Assembly (NCBI GenBank): GCA_965198115.1
Contig: OZ240241.1
Coordinates: 1,152,001-1,216,000, forward strand
Length of the DNA stretch: 64,000 nt
Source of the DNA: Candidatus Latescibacterota bacterium
GTDB lineage: Bacteria; Latescibacterota; UBA2968
Direction: 5' to 3'
Under the pieces are notes generated by a model that was not told where the DNA came from, made no database searches, and was given only the letters and a program-made list of their open reading frames with translations. The position numbers were made by a program, and so were the translations under genes. The number at the start of each line of letters is the position of its first letter. Positions within the stretch are counted from its first letter, which is position 1. Shown here piece after piece: positions 39,787-50,062 of the stretch.

Positions 39787-42000
39787 ATGTGGACATTCTG
39801 TGTCCTTCTTCTGCCCGTCTGCGGCCCTGAGACTCCGTCGTCAAGAGCCACAGACGACGTCACCGCCAACCGCCAAAACAGGCTGAGCCTTGAGACCTCA
39901 CCCTATTTACGCCAGCACGCTCACAATCCCGTGGACTGGTACCCTTGGGGTCCGGAGGCGCTCGAACGGGCGAAGCACGAGGACAGACCCATCTTCCTGT
40001 CGATCGGCTACTCATCGTGCTACTGGTGCCACGTGATGGAAAGGGAAGTATTTGAGAATCCGACGATCGCCGCGCGAATGAACACCCTGTTCGTGAACAT
40101 CAAGGTCGATCGTGAGGAACGGCCAGACCTGGATGCCATTTACATGACTGCGACCCAACTCCTGTCGGGCCACGGAGGGTGGCCCAATTCGATCTTCCTG
40201 ACGCCCGATCTCAAACCGTTCTTCGCCGGGACTTACTTCCCACCGACCGACCAGCGCGGCAGACCCGGGTTCGATCGCGTCATCGAAGCGGTGCACGGCT
40301 TTTGGGCAACACGCCGCGAGGACGTACTGGCACAGGCCGACGAGGTCGCACTCGCGATTCGTCGCGTTCACGAACAAAAAACCGCGTCCGTCGATCTGAA
40401 CACTCAGTTCCTGGAGAAAGCGAACGTCCATCTGCAAGAAACGTTCGATGCGATCCACGGGGGGTTCGGACAGGCCCCCAAATTCCCCCCCGACTCTTCG
40501 CTCGACTTGCTCTTTCACGTTTACGATCGACGTGGAGACCCGCAGGCACTGAGCATGGTGACACGAACGCTCGATGCGATGCACCGCGGCGGGATCTATG
40601 ACCAGGTGGGCGGTGGATTCCACCGATACGCGACAGATACGCAGTGGCGGATCCCGCACTTCGAAAAGATGCTCTACACGCAGGCCCTTCTCGTGCGCGC
40701 ATATCTTCGAGGCTATGTGCTCACGGGCAAACCGGCCTATCGCCGGGCAGTTGAGGAGACGCTCGAGTTCGTTCTCAGGGAGATGAGGCACCCCTCGGGT
40801 GGATTTTTCACGGCGCTGGATGCGGAAACGAACACGGTCGAAGGGGCATACTACGTTTGGAGTATTGACGAGATCACGTCGGTGATCAGCCGAATCGACT
40901 TCGACGAGCTGTTCGATCTGGAACCGCTCGAGGACCTCAGGGGTGTACTTTATCGCAAGTCGAATGCGACCTTCGACGTATCGGCCATCAAGGGCCTCCT
41001 GGCCCTGCGACAGCAGAGAGAAAGACCCAGACTGGACGAAAAGATCATAACGGGTTGGAACGGGCTTATGATCACGGCTTTCGCCGAAGCTCATCAGGTG
41101 CTGGGTCATGCCGACTACCTGGATGTGGCAGTCGAGGCATGGGAGTACCTCCAGCGCAACCATCTGCGGCCCGATGGACGACTCGTCCGTTCGTCGATGG
41201 AGATGGTTCCGGGCGGGTCCGCGTTCCACGAAGACTATGCTTACACCGTCCAGGCCCTGTTGACGCTGTTTCGCGTCACGAATGACCCGACTTTTCTGGA
41301 CGCCGCGAAGCGATTCGCCCAGATCGAGGTTGAGCTTTTCTGGGATGGGTCAGGAGGATTCTTCTTTTCTGAAGGCGAAGACGTGATCGCTCGACGAAAG
41401 GCGATTCGGGACTCGGCGATTCCCTCCCCGAACAGCGTATCGATTCAGAACCTGATCGTGTTCGCCCGCGCGACTGGCGACACGACCTATCTGAATCGAG
41501 CGGGGCGGGCCCTTCGGTCGTTCGCATCAGCGTTGGAGCGGTCGCCTGGAAACCTCCCCAGGATGGTCGTCGCCGGGGATGTTTATCTTCAGGCGGTCGA
41601 GGATCTTGCCCGTCGGGTCGGTGTGCGGCTATTGAGCGCGGAACGGGCTGGTGACACGAACTGGCGAGTCACATTGCAGGTCGAGATCGCCCCGGGCTGG
41701 CACATCCAAGCCCACACGACTCGTGCGCCCTACCTGGCGGCAGCAATCGAATCCGTCGGCAACCTCCGAATCGTCGACGTCTACTATCCGGAGGCGGAAG
41801 CGTTCAATCCTGGATTCGAGGATAGCCCCCTGCCCGTCTATTCCGGCCGCACTCGCATCCCCGTCGTCGTAGACATTCCGCCCGGAACCACCCGGCGAAA
41901 GCTGGTTCTGTCCTACCAGGCGTGCGACGAAGCGCGCTGTCTGCCTCCGAACCGGGCCGTCGTTGATTTGGAGCGAGCAACAATTGCGGGTGATCTCTGA
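39787..42000 (+). CDS. YyaL/SPATA20-like thioredoxin-domain protein (DUF255) with C-terminal DsbD-N-like domain
   Basis: [47 protein letters not shown]; C-terminal GWHI...[12 protein letters not shown]. Confidence 0.92.
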   Translation: MWTFCVLLLPVCGPETPSSRATDDVTANRQNRLSLETSPYLRQHAHNPVDWYPWGPEALERAKHEDRPIFLSIGYSSCYWCHVMEREVFENPTIAARMNTLFVNIKVDREERPDLDAIYMTATQLLSGHGGWPNSIFLTPDLKPFFAGTYFPPTDQRGRPGFDRVIEAVHGFWATRREDVLAQADEVALAIRRVHEQKTASVDLNTQFLEKANVHLQETFDAIHGGFGQAPKFPPDSSLDLLFHVYDRRGDPQALSMVTRTLDAMHRGGIYDQVGGGFHRYATDTQWRIPHFEKMLYTQALLVRAYLRGYVLTGKPAYRRAVEETLEFVLREMRHPSGGFFTALDAETNTVEGAYYVWSIDEITSVISRIDFDELFDLEPLEDLRGVLYRKSNATFDVSAIKGLLALRQQRERPRLDEKIITGWNGLMITAFAEAHQVLGHADYLDVAVEAWEYLQRNHLRPDGRLVRSSMEMVPGGSAFHEDYAYTVQALLTLFRVTNDPTFLDAAKRFAQIEVELFWDGSGGFFFSEGEDVIARRKAIRDSAIPSPNSVSIQNLIVFARATGDTTYLNRAGRALRSFASALERSPGNLPRMVVAGDVYLQAVEDLARRVGVRLLSAERAGDTNWRVTLQVEIAPGWHIQAHTTRAPYLAAAIESVGNLRIVDVYYPEAEAFNPGFEDSPLPVYSGRTRIPVVVDIPPGTTRRKLVLSYQACDEARCLPPNRAVVDLERATIAGDL

Positions 42001-42002
42001 AT

Positions 42003-44000
42003 TCAAGGGCTGGAAAGGGAGAGCCGCTCGTGGTAGACCCTGAATGTCGACCGCTTCGTACGTGCCAACGCAGAGTCGATCAAGGCCTCGGTCTCCACAC
42101 CAAGACGGCTACGGTCATAGCTCGAAAAGAATCGCTCGTAGAAGTGATCGGGATGCACCGCCACCTCAACTGACAGACCCCTGGCTCCGGCCTTGTTTCT
42201 CCTGTACCGCCACCGCCACACCGCTCCCGCCGGAATCCGCGAGTCGTAGAGTTCCTCCTGACGATTCGAACCCAGAACAATATCGCGTCCGATCGCCCGC
42301 ACTTCCTCGCTCCCCCCGATGTATCGCTCCCTTTCGTCGTATGACCGCACGATCACGAACAGCTTGGGTGTCACATACGTCGGCAGATGGTGCCCGGCAC
42401 CCGTGTTCGTCACTTTGATGTCGACCCCCACTTGCCCGTTCGCGCGGGGCAATAGGTCTACACGCACTTCGATGGCCTCCCTGACCGTGGCGGGATCGTG
42501 AATACCCTTCCACGTGTGTGCTCGTTCGGGCATGTGACAGGTTTGACAAGCCAGCCCGTCCTCCGCTTGCGGGCTTGCCACCCACTCCGAGAAGGTGTCC
42601 TGAAGCAGCTTCCCGTTGAGACGTCGTCCCGATTCATCGAATTGATGGCACCTACTGCAGAATTCCGATTGGCTGTGGGCGGAGGTCGTGTGTGCACCAC
42701 CGTGCCCCGAGCCCAGCCAATCGGTGACGGGAGGCGTTTCGACGATCTTGGGACCGAATCGGACGTGTCGGCGTACGTGGCAAGCCAGACACGTAATCCC
42801 CTGGAGTTCCATCAGATTGTCATACCTGTAGTTGACTTCGTATCCACCGTCCTGTGTGGGGAGCATCGAGGCCTGCTCCGCATTCGGAGCGTGACAAGCG
42901 CGGCACCCTTCGGAGAAGGCGGGCGCGGTATACATCCGATCGTGGAACTGGCCCCTCACACCCGGGCCCATTGCCTTCGCGTGTAGACTACTCGACCACT
43001 CTTCGTATCGTCCGGCGTGGCAGGCCCCACACTCTTTTGGGCCCAACCCTGACGCGGTCGTGTCGTGGTAGGTGGGCGCGTTACCCTGCAGGGGTATCGG
43101 CGTTTTCTAGAAGACGCTCAGGAATTCCTCGGTCGAAACGGACGGCATGCCCGAATCCGCAGCGGTAAGTGTGGCGGCCATGAGGCGCTGCTGCTCCATC
43201 GGCAGGATCACGATGGGCTCGACCTGGTCGTGTGCGCTCAGAAACACTTCTGCTCGGTCCTTCGAGGGCAGATCGAGCCGTTTGCTCTGAGACCCGATTC
43301 GGTGACAGTGAGCACAGCCTTTCTGAGCGAACAGCCGCCTGCCTTCGTCAACGCTCCCAGACTCCGTCGGCGGGCTCGTGTGTTCTCGGCTAGCCCCCCG
43401 CAGGAGAAAGACGGCCAGGTCTTGCGCCTGCTCGGCGGTCAGGTCGAACAAGGGCATGCGGGTGTTGGGCACGAGTCGTGCGGGTTGTTCCAGATACGCG
43501 GCCAGCCAGTCGACCCGAACCTTGGCTCCGAGTCCATCCAGCGTCATCGCCTGGTTTGTCCCGAGGCCTTACAGCGAAGACACTGGTTCATGTCGAAGAG
43601 CCGCTTACCTTCGCCGGCATTGCCACCCACACTCCGCTCGAGCAGAATGGCCTGAGTCGACAAGAAAGCCACCAGATCCGACCGCTCCTGATCGGTGAGA
43701 GGCACGCGAGGCATTTTACTATCAGGCTGAGTTTTCGACGGATTCTCGAGGAACCGATCGAGCCAGCCCGGGGTCGTCTTGCTGCCCACGGAGTCGAGAT
43801 CCGGCCCCCAGCGACCCCGGTAGGGCGGCACGTCAAGGTCGTGGCACGTGATGTATCCATAGAAACGAAGGAGCCCAACGCCGGCGGGGCTTGGAGACCG
43901 GGGATCGACGTTGCGCGTCCGTTCAGGCACAACCCCACTGCGTCTCTCCACGCTTTCGATGACGACGTCGCGTACCAACGGGTGCACCTCTGCGGCGCCT
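42003..44000 (-). pseudogene. Multiheme c-type cytochrome broken into three ORFs
   Basis: CAHCH, CGACH, CRACH, CLACH, CSRCH, CQTCH plus damaged YITCH and CLRC|; frameshift ~43570 and in-frame TAG at 43107-43109; true start uncertain. Confidence 0.8.
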
Positions 44001-44033
44001 GCAGAACACGTGGTGCCCAGGAGCGTAAAGACC

Positions 44034-44066
44034 AAAAAAACGGGGCGACCCCGAGGCCGCCCCGTT
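44034..44066 (-). terminator. Intrinsic terminator after arsM
   Basis: On the - strand: ACGGGGCGGCC-TCGG-GGTCGCCCCGT-TTTTTT. Confidence 0.85.
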
Positions 44067-44091
44067 CGATTGCGTCTGGTCTGGCAGAAAC

Positions 44092-45063
44092 CTAGCAGCA
44101 TCCCCCGCCGCCGTAGTGGTAGGTCGACTCGGTCACGTGAAGATCGCTCCGGTGCAGGCTATCGAAAAAGGCACCGGTCTTGTCGCAGACGGCGAGGGGC
44201 ACATCGGGTGTAATTATGTGCCCCTTGCCATCGTCGAATGCCTCCTCGTGCCCGGTGTAGAACACCACCTTTCCGGTAAAGATGCACGGGCCATCTTCCG
44301 GCATAGGGTCGTTGAACGCGGCGATCTCTACAGTTTCGAGCAGAATGTCGTCGTCGACGTGGTATCGGTCCCGGTCGAGGATCCGATACGGACGCCGCCC
44401 ACGGATTTCGACGGTGCCGAACCCTGCGTCCGTAATCTGTTCGAGATAGGTCTCGAGTGGGACCGCTCCCGACAGGCATTCTGCCCGAAGACGTTCATCC
44501 GAGCGGAGACGTTCGGGGATAATCGACTGACAGATCGGATCGGATATGACTAGGGCTCCACCTCGGGTCAGTGCGCGGCGCATTTCCCGGAGCGAGCGCT
44601 GAAGATCCTCGGCCAAAAAGATGTTGAACAAACAGTTCTGAGCCGCCAGGTCGACGGACCCATCGGGAACGGGCAGATCGAGTGCATCACCTTCCCTCAG
44701 GGTGACGAACGATGGATCGAACCAGTCGTTCAAATCGGCGGCAATCTCGAAGTTAGCAGCTGCCTTTTGGAGCATTTCAGGAACGTTGTCGACCGCAATC
44801 ACAGATCCCGGGCGCCTCGTAAAGTAGGCGAATTGGAGCGCTTCCATCCCACCGCCCACACCCACGTAAAGAACGGTCATGTCCGATCGGAGATCGCCAA
44901 AGTGCACTGTCGTCCCGCATCCGTAGTTCATTTCAGACATCTCTCGCGGGATCACGAGACCCGGTAGCGAGAAAGGAGCCGACGTCGTGCAACACAACGA
45001 AGCCTGTGGTTCGAGGGCGGCTTCTCGATAAAGATCCCGAGTTGTCTCAAGATAGCTGTTCAT
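44092..45063 (-). CDS. arsM: Arsenosugar-biosynthesis-type arsenite methyltransferase
   Basis: LCC, MNYGCG, YVGVGGG, AQNCLFN, AECLSGA, DGPCIFTG, VCDKT, C-terminal GGGGCC; adjacent to arsS. Confidence 0.88.
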   Translation of the reverse strand: MNSYLETTRDLYREAALEPQASLCCTTSAPFSLPGLVIPREMSEMNYGCGTTVHFGDLRSDMTVLYVGVGGGMEALQFAYFTRRPGSVIAVDNVPEMLQKAAANFEIAADLNDWFDPSFVTLREGDALDLPVPDGSVDLAAQNCLFNIFLAEDLQRSLREMRRALTRGGALVISDPICQSIIPERLRSDERLRAECLSGAVPLETYLEQITDAGFGTVEIRGRRPYRILDRDRYHVDDDILLETVEIAAFNDPMPEDGPCIFTGKVVFYTGHEEAFDDGKGHIITPDVPLAVCDKTGAFFDSLHRSDLHVTESTYHYGGGGCC

Positions 45064-45122
45064 GCTGTCTCCCTGACTTCAGTATCGAGACTTCCTGGTC
45101 TGTTTTCTGACAGCCCGTCGGC

Positions 45123-46145
45123 TCAGACGAGCTCGCCTCCGCAGCTGCTGCCCGCTCCTGCGGTGCATCCGTAACAATGGTCGCCGATCCGGATCCGGTT
45201 ATGGGCCAACTGTGTTGGCGTGTATTCCCAGAGCTTTCTGGGTGTGTCGTCAATGTGCATGTCGAGCATCTGATTGAAGTCACAATCGTAGAGATGTCCC
45301 TGCCAATCGACGCTGACCAAAGACCGGCACATGATATGCGGCAGGGTTTGTAGATTGAAGTTCTCCTCCAGGAGCCGCATGTAATTCGAGTACTCACCCC
45401 GTCGTCTGAGAAAACCCTCGAAACGGTTGATCGGCATGTTCGTGATGGTATACAGCTGATTGAACACGATGCCGAACCGTTCGATCAGTTCCTCACGATA
45501 GTCGGCGGTCAGCTCCTCCTGGGGAGGTGGGAGCACTGGTCCGACAGGGTTGTAGACCAGGTGCAGGCTTAGATCCGTTCCCGGACGCCCATAACCGATA
45601 CCATTGAGGACCTGAAGCGCACGAATACTCTTCTCGAAGACACCTTTTCCGCGCTGGCTGTCTACATTTTCTTCCAAGTAGCACGGCAGCGAACAGACCA
45701 GTTCGCAGTCGTTCTCTAAGTAAAATGAAGGAAGGTCTTCCTGGTCGGGCTCGAAAATGACGGTGAGGTTGCACCGGATCATCACGTCCCTGCCCAAGAC
45801 CCGAACTTCACGGACGAAGCGTCGGAATGAGGGGTTCAGTTCTGGAGCGCCACCCGTGATGTCCACGGTCTGAATCTCTGATGCCTCGAGGAACTCCAGA
45901 ACCCGCTCCATCGACGCCCACGTCATCAGCTCGGTTCTGGTTGGTCCCGCATCCACGTGGCAGTGATGGCAAGCCTGATTACATAGCTTTCCGACATTCA
46001 CCTGCAGCGTCTCCAGCGAGGTTCGGGCCAGATCGACCCCCTCGTTCGAAAGCCGATGCGCGAAGCTCTGAACTTCGCGGTCGGACTCATCCTGGATGTT
46101 GAGCAGCTGATGTTGGACTGGCGGGCTGCCGCCCCCATCGACCAT
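45123..46145 (-). CDS. arsS: Arsenosugar biosynthesis radical SAM protein
   Basis: LQVNVGKLCNQACHHCHVDAGP, SLPCY, YDCDFNQML, HCYGCTAGAGSSCGG. Confidence 0.92.
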   Translation of the reverse strand: MVDGGGSPPVQHQLLNIQDESDREVQSFAHRLSNEGVDLARTSLETLQVNVGKLCNQACHHCHVDAGPTRTELMTWASMERVLEFLEASEIQTVDITGGAPELNPSFRRFVREVRVLGRDVMIRCNLTVIFEPDQEDLPSFYLENDCELVCSLPCYLEENVDSQRGKGVFEKSIRALQVLNGIGYGRPGTDLSLHLVYNPVGPVLPPPQEELTADYREELIERFGIVFNQLYTITNMPINRFEGFLRRRGEYSNYMRLLEENFNLQTLPHIMCRSLVSVDWQGHLYDCDFNQMLDMHIDDTPRKLWEYTPTQLAHNRIRIGDHCYGCTAGAGSSCGGELV

Positions 46146-46159
46146 GTGAACCTCTTTAA

Positions 46160-46797
46160 CTAAACCTTGGTAAGCCCCCGGCTCTGCCGGGGAGACTCCC
46201 AGAGTTTGACAGTTCCAGAAATATGTAAGAGCCTCCCTTGTGCCGTGGACCGCTCAAAGCACACAGAAGGAAGGCTCTCTAATGAACAACGTAAGGAGTA
46301 TACGTCACACGGTATGGGAGTGCAAGTATCACGTTGTTTGGGTTCCGAAGTATCGTAGAAAAGTGTTGTATGGTGAAATTCGTCGCTATCTGGGCGAGGT
46401 GATTCGGGATCTGGCCGAAGAAGGAATGCCGTGTGGAAGAGGGTCACCTGCGATCCGACCATGTGCACACGTTGATTTCGATCCCGCCGAAGCACTCAGT
46501 AGCTCAGACGGTAGGGTTCATCAAAGGAAAGAGTGCGATTCACATTGCTCGGAACTATCTGGGACGTAGGTCGAACTTCACCGGGCAGCATTTCTGGGCA
46601 AGAGGCTACTGGGTCTCCACCGTTGGCAAGGATGAACAGACGGTTCGGGAGTATATCCAGAACCAGGAGCGGGAGGACCGGCGTCTCGACCAGCTCAACA
46701 TTTTCAGGTAATCGCCACCTTTAGGTGGCGCTTGGTTTCCAACCGCTTTGAGCGGTTCACAAGTTTTCAAGCCTCCGGCTTTGCCGGAGGTCATGAC
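46160..46797 (+). mobile_element. IS200-type element (ends approximate)
   Basis: Subterminal hairpins CCCCGGCTCTGCCGGGG (left) and CCTCCGGCTTTGCCGGAGG (right) flank tnpA; no tnpB. Confidence 0.85.
46282..46711 (+). pseudogene. tnpA: IS200/IS605 Y1 (HUH) transposase TnpA, frameshift ~46420
   Basis: KYHVVWVPKYRRK in one frame; DHVH, KGKS, FWARGY, EYIQNQ in the next. Confidence 0.9.
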
Positions 46798-46853
46798 TTG
46801 TGGGTGAGTCCCCGGCTAAGACGCGATGAATATAGGATGTTTCATCTTCACCC

Positions 46854-48521
46854 TCAACGTCGAGGGGAAACCGCCCGGTCCAATGCTTCCTCCAGCTGGT
46901 TCAGGCCACGTTCGAGATCGCCTAAATGACACCGTAGGACACGACGTCCCCGTCCATTGAGAGCCTGTGCGTCGCCAAGTGCCTGGGCCCGGCAGAGGGC
47001 ATCGAACGAATAGCCCAAACCAGGCACCGTTGCATCTCCGTGCGGCTCGCACGTAATGATGACGAACACACCCGTGTTGGGGCCACCCTTGTGAAATTGT
47101 CCGGTCGAATGAAGGAATCTGGGGCCGAACCCAAGGGTGGTGGCGATCCCGAGCCGCTGGCCGAGCGTCGCTCTGACGGCCTGCAGCTTTCGCTCGATCT
47201 CAGGACGCATGTCGACGAACGCACACAGGGCGATATAGTCGTGTGGATCGATCCCCTCTACAAACCGCGCGAAAACCTCTACGAACGTATCGAGGGCTGA
47301 ATCGGCGTAGACAGCGATTTCCTGATCGGTCAGCGCCGGCTCGGTGTCTGGCAACTCGCCGGAGGACACGTAATCTGAAATGAGAGCCGCGGTGATGTCC
47401 TTGCTTTCCTGCACGTTCGGTTGGTCGAAGGGGTTCACTTTCATCAGCGCGCCGATCCCGGCAGTTGCCACCTCCCACCGGAAAAACTCACCTGTCAGAT
47501 CCCAGATCGTCTCAGTCGTGACGACGACCACTGGGTGATCCGCTGCGACTAGCTGGTCGGCACGATCCAACAACGCGGGATCCTCCCCTTCCTGCACCAG
47601 AACGAACATTCGGTCGGCAGAATATTGGCTGGAAGAAAAGAGCGGCTCGTCGACCACAGGGCAAACGCCGGTTTGCTGCTTGCCCGTACTCTCTGCGATG
47701 AGCTGCTCGATCCACGCGCCCAGCCGCTGTATCGATGGTGACAGCTGGAGCGTCATTTTATCCCGTCCAGCCATCGCCGCAGCACCGATAGCCGCGCCGA
47801 GGAGCAGGCCCGGATTCTCATTCACCGGCACATTCAACCCACACGCCACGTGCATCTGGCCAGCGCTTTGCAAAAACCGCTCGAGGTCGATGCCCACAAG
47901 GGCGGCTGGAACCAGACCGAATTGAGAGAGGGCCGAAAACCTCCCGCCAATCTCTGGCTCCCCGTAAAAAACGTGCCTGAAGGATCGCTCGTAAGCCACG
48001 GATTCGAGTGACGAGCCCGGATCGGTAATAGCGATGAATCGCGATCCGTCCTGCTCCGATCTATCGTAGAAATATTCCAGGAATGCGTTGGGCTCGGTCG
48101 TGGAGCCCGATTTGCTGGCCACGATGAACCAGGTCCTGTCTAATTCGATACGAGCATCGGTTCCCCGCACCTGATCGGGAACGGTGGAATCCAGAACCGT
48201 CAGACGCGGCCCGTCGACCACCCCTCCGAACGTCCAGGCCAGAACCTCGGGGCAGAGACTGCTCCCCCCCATTCCAAGCAATACCACGTGTTCGACGCCC
48301 GTTCTCCTTGCCTCGTCGAACAGTGGGGCTGCCTCTGTTGCCCAACTGTTCGCCTTGAGCGGCGCGTCCAGCCAGCCCAGCCATCGATCCTCACCGGTCC
48401 CCGTCCACAGCGTCGGGTCGCGTTCCCACAAGCGCCGCCCGGCCTCCATCTGCGCGAGCTGGTCTTTCGCTTCATCGAATGCGGCCTGAAGCGGACCCAT
48501 GATATACTCGACGTTCTCCAT
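46854..48521 (-). CDS. pgi: Glucose-6-phosphate isomerase-like protein (PGI half of the TAL/PGI type)
   Basis: LGMGGSSL, SKSGSTTE, ITDPGS, IGGRFSALS, EQLIAESTGK, NPFDQPNVQESK, GPRFLHSTGQFHKGG. Confidence 0.82.
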   Translation of the reverse strand: MENVEYIMGPLQAAFDEAKDQLAQMEAGRRLWERDPTLWTGTGEDRWLGWLDAPLKANSWATEAAPLFDEARRTGVEHVVLLGMGGSSLCPEVLAWTFGGVVDGPRLTVLDSTVPDQVRGTDARIELDRTWFIVASKSGSTTEPNAFLEYFYDRSEQDGSRFIAITDPGSSLESVAYERSFRHVFYGEPEIGGRFSALSQFGLVPAALVGIDLERFLQSAGQMHVACGLNVPVNENPGLLLGAAIGAAAMAGRDKMTLQLSPSIQRLGAWIEQLIAESTGKQQTGVCPVVDEPLFSSSQYSADRMFVLVQEGEDPALLDRADQLVAADHPVVVVTTETIWDLTGEFFRWEVATAGIGALMKVNPFDQPNVQESKDITAALISDYVSSGELPDTEPALTDQEIAVYADSALDTFVEVFARFVEGIDPHDYIALCAFVDMRPEIERKLQAVRATLGQRLGIATTLGFGPRFLHSTGQFHKGGPNTGVFVIITCEPHGDATVPGLGYSFDALCRAQALGDAQALNGRGRRVLRCHLGDLERGLNQLEEALDRAVSPRR

Positions 48522-48540
48522 CCCCGGCTCCTGATGTGCT

Positions 48541-49338
48541 CTACATCCCTGATGCTGTTTTCTGATCGTTCAGGCCCCAATCATACTCGAGATAATCAAC
48601 CTTGATCGAAGACGCTTCTTTGAGCCGGCGCGCCTTCTCCGATGGCAGATACCGTACGACATAGTCCACGATCTGGGCATCGACGACCTGCTGTTCCCGC
48701 TGCAGCCATCCGGTGAAGTCTTCTTCGAACCACGACAGGATTTTCGATAGAGTGACACCCTGGCCGTCTGAATGGAGCCGGACGTTTCGGTCCTCGTTCA
48801 GAAAGAAGCGCATCGCACCATCCAGCCGCTCATCGAGCGTTTCGGCTACGAACGCTCGATTTTCAAGCCGGGGACAACTGACAGACGCGCAGTTGATGGC
48901 CGCGTGAATCCGGGGATCGCCGAATTCGGCACGGATGATGTTGTGTTCGATGTCGTTCAACGTGTACTGCTCGGAGCCGACGGTGTGGCGCGTTCGGTTG
49001 AAGAAGCCGGAAAGAATCTTGATGTCCTTGACGGACGCGACAGGGTATGCGGCGATCACACCCTTGATCGTCAACGCATTGTAGGCATTGATCCAGTAGG
49101 CCAGCGCATCCTCCCGTGCAGGAAAACGATCGGGATGGCTTTGGGGGCTGACCGATCCGAGCGAGTCGACATACATCTCCAGGTCGGATGGACGCGCCTT
49201 CAATGCCTCGTAGTCCACGTATCCCGTTGCGTCGACGTGCTGGCTCAGGACCCGGTCGAACACCGAATGGTCGAAGGGCTCTGCGTGGGCAGCTCCAGAG
49301 GCGACCGCGAACACGGCCAAACAGAGAAGGTATTTCAT
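48541..49338 (-). CDS. DUF547 domain secreted protein
   Basis: Signal peptide; LAYWINAYNA, DPRIHAAINCASVSCP, YDWGLN. Confidence 0.9.
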   Translation of the reverse strand: MKYLLCLAVFAVASGAAHAEPFDHSVFDRVLSQHVDATGYVDYEALKARPSDLEMYVDSLGSVSPQSHPDRFPAREDALAYWINAYNALTIKGVIAAYPVASVKDIKILSGFFNRTRHTVGSEQYTLNDIEHNIIRAEFGDPRIHAAINCASVSCPRLENRAFVAETLDERLDGAMRFFLNEDRNVRLHSDGQGVTLSKILSWFEEDFTGWLQREQQVVDAQIVDYVVRYLPSEKARRLKEASSIKVDYLEYDWGLNDQKTASGM

Positions 49339-50060
49339 GTCGATGCTTCCTTGAGTGCTCTTTGCGCGATTCTGGTGATCATCACCGTGACCGCGATCGT
49401 CGCCACCAACCCCACCGCGAGGAATACGTACTCCTGTGTTGATTTCTCGACACCGCCTGCCGTGGCTTGCAATCCAGCTTTTCCAGCAACTCCCAGGTAA
49501 GTGTAGAGAACAGTTCCGGGGATCATGCCGGCCCAGCTGGCGATCACGTAGGGAACAAAACGAACCGCCGTAAGGCCATAGAGGTAATTGCTCAGACTGA
49601 ATGGAATGGCCGGACTCAGCCGGAGCAGGCCGACGATCTTCCAACCCTGCTCTCCGATCGCCCGATCGATCGCGCCAAAACGAGGACTGGCTTCGGCTTT
49701 TTTGGCAACCCATTCCCTCGCGAAGTATCGGGAGATCAGAAAGGCACAGGAAGCACCGGTCGTTGAGGCCACGGAGACGATCACCGTGCCCCACATCACG
49801 CCGAAGAGAAAGCCTGCCCCGATCGTGAGGATCGATCCCGGAATGAACAGAACGGTCGCCGCGACGTAGGCGACAACGTAGACCACGATCCCCTTCGTGC
49901 CGAGTCCAGCGACCCAGACGTTGAAGTCGCTGAGCCACTCCCCGATCGGAAGGTAGGACCGCACGTAGACCAGGGCCACGACCACGGCGACAGCGGCCAC
50001 CCACTTCCAGGGAAACGGTCTCCGCTCGGACACCGCAGGCCCATCGCCTCGTCCGCCCAT
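49335..50060 (-). CDS. TVP38/TMEM64 (DedA superfamily) membrane protein
   Basis: PGSILTIGAGFLFG, LLRLSPAIPFSLSNYLYG, GMIPGT. Confidence 0.92.
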   Translation of the reverse strand: MGGRGDGPAVSERRPFPWKWVAAVAVVVALVYVRSYLPIGEWLSDFNVWVAGLGTKGIVVYVVAYVAATVLFIPGSILTIGAGFLFGVMWGTVIVSVASTTGASCAFLISRYFAREWVAKKAEASPRFGAIDRAIGEQGWKIVGLLRLSPAIPFSLSNYLYGLTAVRFVPYVIASWAGMIPGTVLYTYLGVAGKAGLQATAGGVEKSTQEYVFLAVGLVATIAVTVMITRIAQRALKEAST

Positions 50061-50062
50061 CG

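Noticed and set aside
43107-43109. Pyrrolysine or amber recoding in the cytochrome
   Set aside because: No pyl genes in the window, other genes use TAG as a normal stop, and a TGG-to-TAG change is simpler
43544-44101. Cytochrome c as part of the ars operon (ORF overlaps arsM)
   Set aside because: A strong terminator at 44034-44066 lies between them; the ORF's 5' extension simply reads through it
45123-46145. Selenoprotein form of ArsS
   Set aside because: The C-terminal motif is GSSCGG with a Cys codon; no in-frame TGA
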